DNA of 64,000 nt from the human T2T-CHM13v2.0 reference genome, Homo sapiens (GCF_009914755.1 NC_060933.1), one strand, 5' to 3'. Shown: positions 29,601 to 44,574, counted from the stretch's first letter. A program made the numbers and translations. The notes: generated by a model from the letters alone, not told the origin.

Positions 29601-32600
29601 AACCCTAATAGAATGGAATGGAATGGAATGGAATGGAATGGAATGTAATGGAATGGAATGGAAGGAAATGGAATGGAATGGAATGGAATGGAATGGAATG
29701 GAATGGAATGGAATGGTACGGAATAGAATGGAATGGAACGAAATGGAATGGAATGGAATGGAATGGAATGGAATGGAATCAACCCGAGTGCAGGGAAATG
29801 GAATGGAATGGAAGGCAATGGAATGACATCATTCGGAATTGAATGGAATGGAATGGAATGGAATGGAATCAACTCGATTGAAATGGAATGGAATGGAATG
29901 GAATGGAATGGATTCAACCCGAATGGAATTAAAAGGAATGGAATATACCCGAGTGGAATGGCATGGAATGGAGTGGAATGGAATGGAATGGAATGGAATG
30001 GAACGGAATGGAATGGAATGGGTTCAACTCGAATGGAATGGAAAGGAATAGAATCAACACGAGTGGAATGGCATGGAATGGAATGGAATTGAATGAAATG
30101 GAATGGAATGGAATGGAATGAAATGTAATGGAATGGAGTGGAATGGAATCAACCCGAGTGCAATGTAATGGAATGGAATGGAATGCAATGGAATGGAATG
30201 GATTCAACCCGAATGGAATTAAAAGGAATGGAATATACCCGAGTGGAATGGCATGGAATGGAGTGGAATGGAATGGAATGGAATGGTACGGAATAGAATG
30301 GAATGTAACGAAATGGAATGGAAGGGAATGGAATGGAATGGAATGGAATGAACCCGTGTGCAATGGAATGGAATGGAATGGAATGGAATAGAATGGAATG
30401 GATTCAACTCTAATGGAATGCAAGGGAATGGAATCAACGCGAGTGGAATGGCATGGAATGGAATGGAATGGAATGGAATGGAATGGAATGGAGTGGAATG
30501 GAATGGTACGGAATAGAATGGAATGGAAAGAAATGGAATGGAAAGAAATGGAATGGAATGGAATGGAATGGATTGGAATGGAATGGAATGGAATCAACCC
30601 GAGTGCAGGGGAATGGAATGGAATTGAAGGCAATGGAATGGAATAATCCGGAATTGAATGGAATGGAATGGAATCAACTCGATTGCAATGGAATGGAATG
30701 GAATGGAATGGAATGGAATGTAATGGAATGGAATGGAATTAACCCGAATAGAATGGAATGGAATGGAATGGAATGGAATGGAATGGTACGGAATAGAATG
30801 GAATGGAACGAAATGGAATGGAATGAAATGGAATGGAATGGAATGGAATGGAATCAACCCGACTGCAGGGGAATGGAATGGAATTGAAGGCAATGGAATG
30901 GAATCATCCGGAATTGAATGGAATGGAATGGAATCAACTCGATTGCAATGGAATGGAATGGAATGGAATGGAATGGAATTAACCCGAATAGAATGGAATG
31001 GAATGGAATGGAATGGAATGGAATGGAATGGAATGGAAGTAAATGGAATGGAATGTAATGAACCCGAGTGCAGGGGAATGGAATGGAATGGAATGCAATG
31101 GAATGGAGTCATCCGGAATGGAACAGAAAGGAATGGAATGGAATGAACCCGTGTGCAATGGAATGGAATCGAATGGAATGGAATGGAATGGAATGGATTC
31201 AACTCTAATGGAATGGAAGGGAATGGAATCAACGCGAGTGGAATGGCATGGAATGGAATGGAATGGAAAGGAATGGAATGGAGTGGAATGGAATGGTACG
31301 GAATAGAATGGAATGGAACGAAATGGAATGGAATGAAATGGAATGGAATGGAATGGAATGGAATGGAATGGAATGGAATGGAATCAACCCGAGTGCAGGG
31401 GAATGGAATGGAATTGAAGGCAATGGAATGGAATCATCCGGAATTGAATGGAATGGAATGGAATGAACTCGATTGCAATGGAATGGAATGTAATGTAATG
31501 GAATGGAATGGAATGGAATGGAATGGAATTAACCCGAATAGAATGGAATGGAATGGAATGGAATGGAATGGTACGGAATAGAATGGAATGGAACCAAATG
31601 GAATGGAATGAAATGGAATGGAATGGAATGGAATGGAATGGAATCAACCCGACTGCAGGGGAATGGAATGGAATTTAAGGCAATGGAATGGAATCATCCG
31701 GAATTGAATGGAATGGAATGGAATCAACTCGCTTGCAATGGAATGGAATGGAATGGAATGGAATGGAATGGAATGGAATGGAATGGAATGGAATTAACCC
31801 GAATAGAATGGAATGGAATGGAATGGAATGGAATGGAAGTAAATGGAATGGAATGTAGTGAACCCGAGTGCAGGGGAATGGAATGGAATGGAATGCAATG
31901 GAATGGAGTCATCCGGAATGGAACAGAAAGGAATGGAATGGAATCAACCCGTGTGCAATGGAATGGAAAGGAATGGAATGGAATAGAATGGAATGGAATG
32001 GAATGGAATGGAATGGATTCAACCCGAATGGAATGGAAAGGAAGGGAATCAACCCAAGTGGAATGGCATGGAATGGAATGGAATGGAATGGAATGGAATG
32101 GTACCGAATAGAATGGAATGGAACCAAATGGAATAGAATGGAATGGAATGGAATGGAATGGAATCATCCCGAGTGCAATGGAATGGAGTGGAATGGAATG
32201 GAATGGAATGGAAACAACCCGAATGGAATGGAATGAAATGGAGTGTAAGGGAATTGAATACAATCAATCCGAATGTAATGGAATGGAATGGAACGGAATG
32301 GAATGGAATGGAATGGAATGCAGTGGAATGGAATCAAACCTAGTGCAATGGAATGGAATGGAATGGAATGGAATGGAATGGAATGGAATGGAATGGAAGT
32401 AAATGGAATGGAATTTAATGAACCCGAGTGCAGGGGAATGGAATGGAATGGAATGCAATGGAATGGAGTCATCCGGAATGGAACAGAAAGGAATGGAATG
32501 GAATCAACCCGTGTGCAATGGAATGGAAAGGAATGGAATGGAATGGAATGGAATGGAATGGAATGCATTCAACCCGAATGGAATGGAAAGGAAGGGAATC

Positions 32601-35600
32601 AACCCAAGTGGAATGGCATGGAATGGAATGGAATGGAATGGAATGGAATGGTACCGAATAGAATGGAATGGAACCAAATGGAATAGAATGGAATGGAATG
32701 GAATGGAATGGAATCATCCCGAGTGCAATGGAATGGAGTGGAATGGAATGGAATGGAATGGAAACAACCCGAATGGAATGGAATGAAATGGAGTGTAAGG
32801 GAATTGAATACAATCAATCCGAATGTAATGGAATGGAATGGAACGGAATGGAATGGAATGGAATGGAATGCAGTGGAATGGAATCAAACCTAGTGCAATG
32901 GAATGGAATGGAATGGAATGGAATGGAATGGAATGGAATGGATTCAATCCAAATGGAATGGAAAGCAATGGAATCAACCCGAGTGGAATGGCATGGAATG
33001 GAATGGAATGGAATGGAATGGAATGGAATGGAATGGAATGGAACGGAATAGAACGGAATGGACCGAAATGGAATGGAATGGAATGGAATGGAACGGAATG
33101 GAATGGAATCAACTCGATTGCAATGGAATGTAATGTAATGGAATGGAATGCAATTAACGCGAATAGAATGGAATGGAATGGAAAGGAACGGAATGGAATG
33201 GAATGGAATGGAATCGAATGGAATCAACCTGAGTGCAGGGGAATGGAATGGAATGGAATGCAATGGAATGTAATGGAATGGAATGCAATGGAATCAACTC
33301 GACTGCAATGGGATGGAATGGAATGGAATGGAAGGGAAAGGAATAGAATGGAATTAACCTGAACAGAATGGAATGGAATGGAATGGAACGGAATGGAATG
33401 GAACGGAATGGAATGGAATGGAATGGAATGAACCCGTGTGCAATGGAATGGAATGGAATGGAATGGAATGGAATGGGTTCAACTCGAATGGAATGGAAAG
33501 GAATGGAATCAACACGAGTGGAATGGCATGGAATGGAATGGAATGGAATGGAATGGAATGGAATGGAATGGAATGGAATGAAATGTAATGTAATGGAATG
33601 GAATGGAATCAACCCGAGTGCAGTGTAATGGAATCGAATGGAATGGAATGGAATGGAATGGATTCAACACGAATGTAATGGAAAGGAATGGAATAAACCC
33701 GCGTGCAATGGCATGGAATGGAGTGGAATGGAATGAAATGTAAAGGAATGGAATGGAATGGAATCAACCCGAGTGCAATGTAATGGAATCGAATGGAATG
33801 GAATGGAATGGAATGGATTCAACCAGAATGGAATGGAAAGGAATGGAATAAACCCGAGTGGAATGGCATGGAATGGAGTGGAATGGAATGGAATGGAATG
33901 GTACGGAATAGAATGGAATGGAAGGAAATGGAATGGAATGGAATGGAATGGAATGGAATGGAATGGAATGGAATGGAATGAACCCGTGTGCAATAGAATG
34001 GAATCGAATGGAATGGAATGGATTGGAATGGATTGAACTCGAATGGAATGGAAAGGAATGGAATCAACCCGAGTGGAATGGCATGGAATGGAATGGAATG
34101 GAATGGAATGGAATGGAATGGAATGGAATGGAATGGTACGGAATAGAATGGAAAGGAACGAAATGGAATGGAATGAAATGGAACGGAATGGAATGGAATG
34201 GAATGGAATCAACCCGAGTGCAGGGGAATGGAATGGAATTGAAGGCAATGGAATGGAATCATCCGGAATTGAATGGAATGGAATGGAATCAACTCGATTG
34301 CAATGGAATGGAATGGAATGGAATGGAATGGAATGGAATGGAATGGAATTAACCCGAATAGAATGGAATGGAATGGAATGGAAGTAAATGGAATGGAAGG
34401 TAATGAACCCGAGTGCAGGGCAATGGAATGGAATGGAATGGAATGCAATGGAATGGAGTCATCTGGAATGGAACGGAGAGGAACGGAATGGAACCAACCC
34501 GTGTGCAATGGAATGGAAAGGAATGGAATGGAATGGAATGGAATGGAATGGATTCAACCCGAATGGAATGGAAAGGAAGGGAATCAACCCAAGTGGAATG
34601 GCATGGAATGGAATGGATTGGAATGGAATGGAATGGAATGGTACCGAATAGAATGGAATGGAAGGAAATGGAATAGAATGGAATGGAATGGAATGCAATC
34701 AACCCGAGTGCAATGGAATGGAGTGGAATGGATTGGAATGGAATGGAAACAACCTGAATGGAATGGAATGAAATGGAGTGTAAGGGAATTGAATACAATC
34801 AATCCGAATGTAATGTAATGGAATGGAATGGAACGGAATGGAATGGAATGGAATGGAATGCAGTGGAATGGAATCAAACCTAGTGCAATGGAATAGAATG
34901 GAATGGAATGGAATGGAATGGAATGGAATGGAATGGAATGGATTCAACCCAAATGGAATGGAAAGCCATGGAATCAACCCGAGTGGAATGGCATGGAATG
35001 GAATGGAATGGAATGGTACGGAATAGAATGCAATGGAACGAAATGGAATGGAATGGAATGGAATGGAATGGAATGGAATGGAATGGAATGCAATCATTCC
35101 GAGTGGAATAGAAGGGAATGAATTCGAGTGGAATGGAAAGGAATGGAATCAACCAGAGTGGAATGGAAGGGAATGGAATGGAATGGAAACTAATAAAATG
35201 GAATGAAAACGAGTGGAATGGAATGGAAAGGACTTGAATGGAATGGAATGGAATGGAATGGAATGGAATGGAATGGAATCAACTCGATTGCTATGGAATG
35301 TAAGGGAATGGAATGGAATGGAATTAACCCGAATAGAATGGAATGGAATGGAATGGAATGGAATGGAATGGAATCAACCTGAGTGCAGGGGAATGGAATG
35401 CAATGGAATGCAATGGAATGGAATGGAATGCAATGGAATCAACTAGATTGCAATGGAATGGAATGGAATGGAATGGAATGGAATGGAAGGGAATGGAATG
35501 GATTGGAATTAACCTGAACAGAATGGAATGGAATGGAATGGAATGGAATGCAATGGAATGGAACGGAATGGAATGGAATGGAATGGAATGGAATCAACCA

Positions 35601-36600
35601 GAGTGCAGGGGAATGCAATGGAATGGAATGCAATGGAATGGAATCATCCGGAATGGAATTGAATGGAATGGAATGCAATGGAATGGAATCAATCAACCCG
35701 AGTGCAATGCAATGGAGTGTAATGGAATCGAATGGAATGGAAACTACCCGAATGGAATGGAATGTAATGTAATGGAGTGTAAGGGAATTAAAAAGAATCA
35801 ATCCGAATGTAATGGAATGGAATGGAACGGAATGAAATGGAATGGCATGGAATGGAATGGAATCAACCCGAGTGCAATGGAATGGAATTGAACTGAATGG
35901 AATGGAAAGGAATGGATTCAACCCGAATGGAATGGAAAGGAATGTAATAAACCCGAGTGGAATGGCATGGAATGGAATGAAATGGAGTGGAATGGAATGG
36001 AATGGAATGGAATGGTACGGAATAGAATGTAATGGAACGAAATGGAATAGAATGGAATGGAATGGAATGGAATGAAACCGTGTGCAATGGAATGGAATGG
36101 AATGGAATGGAATGGAATGGAATGGAATGGAATGGGTTCGACTCGAATGGAATGGAATGGAATGGAATCAACCCGAGTGGAATGGCATGGAATGGAATGG
36201 AATGGAATGGAATGGAATGGAATGGAATGGAAACAACACGAGTGCAATGTAATGGAATCGAATGGAATGGAATGGAATGGAATGGAATGGATTCAACCCG
36301 AATGGAATGGAAAGGAATGGAATAAACCCGAGTGGAATGGCATGGAATGGAGTCTAATGGAATGGAATGGAATGGAATGGTATGGAATAGAATGGAATGG
36401 AACGAAATGGAATGGAATGGAATGGAATGGAATGGAATGGAATGGAATGAAATGAACCCGTGTGCAATGGAATGGAATGGAATGGAATGGAATGGAATGG
36501 AATGGAATGAGTTCAACTCGAATGGAATGGAAAGGAATGGAATCAACCCGAGTAGAATGGCATGGAATGGAATGGAATGGAATGGAATGGAATGGAATGG
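17700..36600 (+). repeat. Three-copy higher-order repeat block (~6.5-kb unit, with a younger ~5.7-5.8-kb re-duplication)
   Basis: ORF pairs offset by 6529-6509 (17920/24449, 18840/25364, 19935/26444), 5804-5774 (21195/26999, 22130/27929, 23959/29733) and 5679 (24774/30453, 24915/30594 with identical translations). The third copy of the distal half lies at 34273-36332. Confidence 0.9.
31836..32935 (+). repeat. ~550-560-bp tandem duplication inside the third HOR copy
   Basis: GAAGTAAAT at 31836/32396; TAGTGCAAT at 32341/32891; ORFs 32049/32599, 32118/32668 and 32143/32693. Confidence 0.9.
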
Positions 36601-39600
36601 AATGGTACGGAATAGAATGGAATGGAGCGAAATGGAATGGAATGGAATGGAATGGAATGGAATGGAGTGGAATGAAATCGTGTGCAATGGAATGGAATGG
36701 AATGGAATGGAATGGAATGGAATGGAATAGAGTGGAATGGAATGGAATGGAATGGAGTGGAATGGAATGGAATGGGTTCAACTCCAATGGAATGGAAAGG
36801 AATGGAATCAACCCGAGTGGAGTGTCATGGAATGGAATGGAATAGGATGGAATGGAATGGAATGGAATCATCCCGAGTGCAATGTAATGGAATCGAAAGG
36901 AATGGAATGGAATGGAATGGAATGGATTCAACCCGAATGGAATGAAAAGAAATGGAATAAACCCGAGTGGAATGGCATGGAATGGAGTGGAATTGAATGG
37001 AATGGAATGGTACAGAATAGAATGGAATGGAACGAAATGGAATGGAATAGAATGGAATGGAATGGAATGGAATGGAATGGAATGAACCCGTGTGCAATGG
37101 AATGGAATGGAATGGAATGGAATGGAATGGAATGGAATGGAATGGATTCAACTCGAATGGAATGGAAGGGAAAGGAATCAACCCGAGTGGAATGGCATGG
37201 AATGGAGTGGAATGGAATGCAATGGAATAGAATGGAATAGAATGGAATGGAATGGAATAGTACAGAATAAAATGGAATGGAACGAAATGGAATGGAATGA
37301 AATGGAATGGAATGGAATGGAATGGAATGGAATGGAATGGTATGGAAAGGAATGGAATGGAATGGTACGGAATATAATGGAATGGAACGAAATGGAATGG
37401 AATGAAATGGAATGGAATGGAATGGAATCAACCCGAGTGCAGGGGAATGGAATGGAATTGAAGGCAATGGAATGGAATCATCCGGAATTGAATGGAATGG
37501 AATGGAATCAACTCGATTGCAATGGAATGGAATGGAATGGAATGGAATGGAATGGAATGGAATGGAATGGAATGGAATGGAATGGAATTAACCCGAATAG
37601 AATGGAATGGAATGGAATGGAATGGAATGGAATGGAATGGTACGGAATAGAATGGAATGGAACGAAATGGAACGGAATGAAATGGAATGGAATGGAATGG
37701 AATGGAATGGAATGGAATGGAATCAACCCGAGTGCAGGAGAATGGAATGGAATTGAAGGCAATGGAATGGAATCATCCGGAATGGAATGGAATGGAATGG
37801 AATCAACTCGATTGCAATGGAATGGAATGGAATGGAATGGAATGGAATGGAATGGAATGGAATGGAATTAATCCGAATAGAATGTAATAGAATGGAATGG
37901 AATGGAATGGAAGTAAATGGAATGGAATGGAATGAACCCGAGTGCAGGGGAATGGAATGGAATGGAATGGAATGGAATGGAATGCAGTGGAATGGAATCA
38001 AACCTAGTGCAATTGAATGGAATGGAATGGAATGGAATGGAATGGAATGGAATGGAATGGAATGGAATGGATTCAACCCAAATGGAATGGAAAGCAATGG
38101 AATCAACCCGAGTGGAATGGCATGGAATGGAATGGAATGGAATGGAATGGAATGGAATGGAATGGTACGGAATAAAATGGAATGGAACGAAATGGAATGG
38201 AATGGAATGGAATGGAACGGAATGGAATGGAATCATTCCGAGTGGAATAGAAGGGAATGAATTCGAGTGGAATGGAAAGGAATGGAATCAACCAGAGTGG
38301 AATGGAAGGGAATGGAATGGAATGGAAACTAATAAAATGGAATCAACACGAGTGGAATGGAATGGAAAGGACTTGAATGGAATGGAATGGAATGGAATGG
38401 AATCAAGTCCATTGCAATGGAATGTAATGGAATGGAGTGGAATGGAATTAACGCGAATAGAATGGAATGGAATGGAATGGAATGGAATGGAATGGAATGG
38501 AATGGAATGGAATGGAATCAACCTGAGTGCAGGGGAATGGAATGCAATGGAATGCAATGGAACGCAATGGAATGGAATGGAATGGAATGGAATCAAAGCG
38601 AGTGCAGGGGAATGGAATGTAATGGAATGCAATGGAATGGAATCTTCCGGAATGGAATGGAAAGGAATGGAATCAACCCGAGTGCAATGGAATGGAGAGG
38701 AATGGAATGGAAACTACCCGAATGGAATGGAATGTAATGGAGTGTAAGGGAATTGAATAGAATCAATCCGAATGTAATGGAATGGAATGGAACGGAATGG
38801 AATGGAATGGAATGGAATGGAATGGAATGGAATGGAACGGAATGGAACGGAATGGAATGGAATGGAATGGTATGGAATGGAATGGAATGGAATCAACCCG
38901 AGTGCAATGGAATGGAGTGGAATGGAATGGAATGGAATGGAACAACCCGAATGGAATGGAATGGAATGGAGAGTAAGAGAGTTGAATAGAATCAGTCCGA
39001 ATGTAATGGAATGGAATGCAACGGAATGGAATGGAATGGAATGGAATGGAATGAAATGGAATGGAATCAACCCGAGTACAATGGAATGGAATGGAATGGA
39101 ATGGAATGGAATGGAACGGAATGGAATGGAATGCCTTCAAACCGAATGGAATGGAAAGGAATGGAATCAACAAGAGTGGAATGGAATGGAATGGAATGGA
39201 AAGGAATGGAATGGAATGGAATGGTACGGAATAGTATGGAATGGAAGGAAATGGAATGGAATGGAATGGAATGGAATGGAAAGGAATGGAATGGAATCGT
39301 TCCGAGTGGAATAGGAGGGAATGTATTCGAGTGGAATGGAAAGGAATGGAATCAACCAGAGTGGAATGGAAGGGAATGGAATGGAATGGAAACTAATAGA
39401 ATGGAATCAACCCGAGTGGAATGGAATGGAAAGGACTGGAATGGAATGGAATGGAATGATCAACTCGATTGTAATAGAATGGAATGGAATGGAATGGAAT
39501 GGAATGAAATGGCATGGAATGGAATTAACTCGAATACAATGGAATGGAATGGAATGCAAGGGAATGGAGTGGAATGGAATGGAATCAACCCGAGTGCAGG

Positions 39601-42600
39601 GAAATGGAATGGAATGGAATGCAATGGAATGGAATCATCCGGAATGGAATGGAATGGAATGGAATGCAAAGCAATGGAATCAACTCGATTGCAATGGAAT
39701 GGAATGGAATGGAAAGGAATAGAATGGAATCAACCCGAGTGGAATGGAATGGAAAGGACTGGAATGGAGTGGAATGGAATGGAATGGAATGGAATGGAAT
39801 CAACTCGATTGGAATGGAATGGAATGGAATGGAATGGAATGGAATGGAATCAACTCGATTGCAATCGAATGGAATGGAATGGAATTAACCCGAATAGAAT
39901 GGAATGGAATGGAATGGAACTGAACGGAATGGAATGGAATGGAATGGAATGGAATGGAATGAAATGGAACGGAACGGAACGGAACGGAACGGAATGGAAT
40001 GGAATGGAATGGAATGGAATGGAATCAACGCGAGTGCAGGGGAATGGAATGGAATGGAATGCAATGGAATGGAATCTTCCGGAATGGAATGGAATGGAAT
40101 GGAATGGAATGAAATGCAATGGATTCAACTCGATTGCAATGGAATGGAATGGAATGGAATGGAATGAAATGCAATGGATTCAACTCGATTGCAATGGAAT
40201 GGAATAGATTGGAATGGAATGGAATGGAATGGAATGGAATGGAATGGAATGGAATTAACCCGAATAGAATGGAATGGAATGGAATGGAACGGAATGGAAC
40301 GAAATGGAATGGAATGGAATGGAATGGAATGGAATGGTATGGAATGGAATGGAATGGTACGGAATAGAATGGAATGGAACGAATTGTAATGGCATGGAAT
40401 GGAATGGAATGGAATGGAATGGAATGGAATGGAATGGAATCAACGCGAGTGCAGGGGAATGTAATGGAACGGAATGCAATGGAATGGAATCATCCGGAAT
40501 GGAATGGAATGGAATGGAAAGGAATGGAATCAACCTGAGTGCAATGGAATGGAGTGGAATGGAATGGAATGAAATGGAACAACCCGAATGGAATGGAATG
40601 TAATGGAGAGTAAGGGAGTTGAATAGAATCAATCCGAATGTAATGGAATGCAATGCAACGGATTGGAATGGAATGGAATGGGATGGAATGCAATGGAATG
40701 GAATCAACCCGAGTACAATGGAATGGAATGGAATGGAATGGAATGGAATGGAATGCCTTCAAACCGAATGGAATGGAAAGGAATGGAATCAACACGAGTG
40801 GAATGGAATGGAATGGAATGGAATGGAATGCAATGGAATGATACGGAATAGAATGTAATGGAACGAAATGGAATGGAATGGAATGGAATGGAATGGAATG
40901 GAATGGAATGGAATGGAATGGAATCGTTCCGAGTGGAATAGGAGGGAATGTATTCGAGTGGAATGGAAAGGAATGGAATCACCCAGAGTGGAATGGAAGA
41001 GAATGGAATGGAATGGAAACTAATAGAATGGAATCAACCCGAGTGGAATGGAATGGAAAGGACTGGAATGGAATGGAATGGAATGGAATCAACCCGAGTG
41101 CAATGGAATGGATTCGAATGGAATGGACTGGAATGGAATGGATTCAACAAGAATGGAATGGAAAGGAATGGATTCAACCCGAGTGTAATGGCATGGAATG
41201 GAACGGAATGGAATGGGATGGAATAGAATGGTACGGAATAGAATGGAATGGAATGAAATGGAATGGAATGGAATGGAATGGAATGGAATGGAATGGAATC
41301 AACTCGATTGCAATCGAATGGAATGGAATGGAATTAACCCGAATAGAATGGAATGGAATGGAATGGAATGGAACGGAATGGAATGGAATGGAATGGAATG
41401 GAATGGAATGGAATTGAACGGAACGGAATGGAATGGAATGGAATGGAATGGAATGGAATCAACGCGAGTGCAGGGGAATGGAATGGAATGGAATGCAATG
41501 GAATGGAAACTTCCGGAATGGAATGGAATGGAATGGAATGGAATGAAATGCAATGGATTCAACTCGATTGCAATGGAATGGAATAGAATGGAATGGAATG
41601 GAATGGAATGGAATTAATCCGAATAGAATGGAATGGAATGGAAAGGAACAGAACGGAACGGAATGGAATGGAATGGAATGGAATGGTATGTAATGGAATG
41701 GAATGGTACGGAATAGAATGGAATGGAACGAATTGCAATGGAATGGAATTGAATGGAATGGAATGGAATGGAATGGAATGGAATGGAAACAACGCGATTG
41801 CAGGGGAATGTAATGGAACGGAATGCAATGGAATGGAATCACGCGGAATGGAATGGAATGGAATGGAATGGAATGGAATGGAATCAACCCGAGTGCAATG
41901 GAATGGAGTGGAATGGAATGGAATGGAATGGAACAACCCGAATGGAATGGAATGTAATGGAGAGTAAGGGAGTTGAATAGAATCAATCCGAATGTAATGG
42001 AATGGAATGCAACGGAATGGAATGGAATGGAATGGAATGGAATGGAATGGAATGCCTTCAAACCGAATGGAATGGAAAGGAATGGAATCACCACGAGTGG
42101 AATGGAATGGAATGGAAAGGAATGGAATGGAATAGAATGGTACGGAATAGAATGGAATGGAACGAACTGGAATGGAATGGAATGGAATGGAATGGAATGG
42201 AATGGAATGGAATGGAATCGTTCTGAGTGGAATAGGAGGGAATGTATTCGAGTGGAATGGAAAGGAATGGAATCAACCAGATTGGAATGGAAGGGAATGG
42301 AATGGAATGGAAACTAATAGAATGGAATCAACCCGAGTGGAATGGAATGGAAAGGACTGGAATGGAATTGAATGGAATGGAATTGAATGGAATCAACTAC
42401 ATTGTAATGGAATGGAATGGAATGGAATGGAATGGAATTAACCCGAATACAATGGAATGGACTAGAATGGAACGGAATGGAGTGGAATGGAATGGAATCA
42501 ACCCGAGTGCAGGGGAATGGAATGGAATGGAACGCAATGGAATGGAATCATCCGGAATGGAATGGAATGGAATGGAATGCAAAGCAATGGAATCAACTCG

Positions 42601-44574
42601 ATTGCAATGGAATGGAATGGAATGGAAAGGAATAGAACGGAATCAACCCGAGTGTAATGGAATGGAAAGGACTGGAATGGAGTGGAATGGAATGGAATGG
42701 AATGGAATGGAATCAACTCGATTGGAATGGAATGGAATGGAATGGAAAGGAATGGAATCGAATTAACCCGAATAGAATGGAATGGAATGGAATGGAACGG
42801 AACGGAATGGAATGGAATGGAATGGAATCAACTCGATTGCAATCGAATGGAATGGAATGGAATTAACCCGAATAGAATGGAATGGAATGGAATGGAACGG
42901 AACGGAATGGAATGGAATGGAATGGAATGAAATGGAATGGAACGGAACGGAATGGAATGGAATGGAATGGAATGGAATGGAATCAACGCGAGTGCAGGGG
43001 AATGGAATGGAATGGAATGCAATGGAATGGAATCTTCCGGAATGGAATGGAATGGAATGGAATGGAATGAAATGCAATGGATTCAACTCGATTGCAATGG
43101 AATGGAATGGAATGGAATGAAATGGAATGAAATGCAATGGATTCAACTCGATTGCAATGGAATGGAATAGATTGGAATGGAATGGAATGGAATTAACCCG
43201 AATAGAATGGAATGGAATGCAATGGAACGGAATGGAACGGAACGGAATGGAATGGAATGGAATGGAATGGAATGGAATGGAATCAACGCGAGTGCAGGGG
43301 AATGTAATGGAACGGAATGCAATGGAACGGAATCATCCGGAATGGAATGGAATGGAATGGAATGGAATGCAATCAACCCGAGTGCAATGGAATGGAGTGG
43401 TATGGAATGGAACGGAATGGAACAACCCGAATGGAATGGAATGTAATGGAGAGTAAGGGAGTTGAATAGAATCAATCCGAATGTAATGGAATGGAATGCA
43501 ACGGATTGGAATGGAATGGAATGCAATGGAATGGAATCAACCCGAGTACAATGGAATGGAATGGAATGGAATGGAATGGAATGGAATGCCTTCAAACCGA
43601 ATGGAATGGAAAGGAATGGAATCAACACGAGTGGAATGTAATGGAATGGAATGGAAGGGAATGGAATGGAATGGAATGGAATGATACGAAACAGAATGGA
43701 ATGGAACGAAATGGAATGGAATGGAATGGAATGGAATGGAATGGAATGGAATGGAATCGTTCCGAGTAGAATAGGAGGGAATGTATTCGAGTGGAATGGA
43801 AAGGAATGGAATCAACCAGAGTGGAATGGAAGAGAATGGAATGGAATGGAAACTAATAGAATGGAATCAACCCGAGTGGAATGGAATGGAAAGGACTGGA
43901 ATGGAATAGAATGGAATGGAATGGAATGAAATGGAATGGAATCAACACGATTGGAATGGAATGTAATGGAATGGAATGGAATGAAATGGAATGGAATCAA
44001 CTCGATTGCATTGGAATGGAATGGAATGGAATGAAATGGAATGGAATTAACCCGAATACAATGGAATGGAATGGAATGGAATGGAATGGAATGGTACGGA
44101 AAGGAGTGGAATGGAATGGAATCAACCAGATTGCAGGGGAATGGAATGGAATGGAATGCAATGGAATGGAATCATCCGGAATGGAATGGAATGGAATGGA
44201 ATGCAAAGCAATGGAATCAACTCGATTGCAATGGAATGGAATGGAATGGAAAGGAATACATTGGAATCACCCCGAGTGGAATGGAAAGGAAAGGACTGGA
44301 ATGGAGTGGAATGGAATGGAATGGAATGGAATGCAATCAACTCGATTGGAATGGAATGGAATGGAATGGTACGGAATAGAATGGAATGGAACGAATTGTA
44401 ATGGAATGGAATTTAATGGAATGGAATGGAATCAACGCGAGTGCAGGGGAATGTAATGGAACGGAATGCAATGGAATGGAATGGAATGGAAAGGAATACA
44501 TTGGAATCAACCCGAGTGGAATGGAATGGAAAGGACTGCAATGGAGTGGAATGGAATGGAATGGAATGGAATGG

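Larger units (their letters stand above)
16961..38590 (+). repeat. HSat3 sub-domain A2 (dialect A)
   Basis: Seen: dialect-A markers return from ~16971 (GAACCCGTGT). Only 3 visible phase shifts in ~22 kb (CAATCAACCCG at ~22936, ~28736, ~35690). No GGAATCTTCCGG motif seen. Confidence 0.75.
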
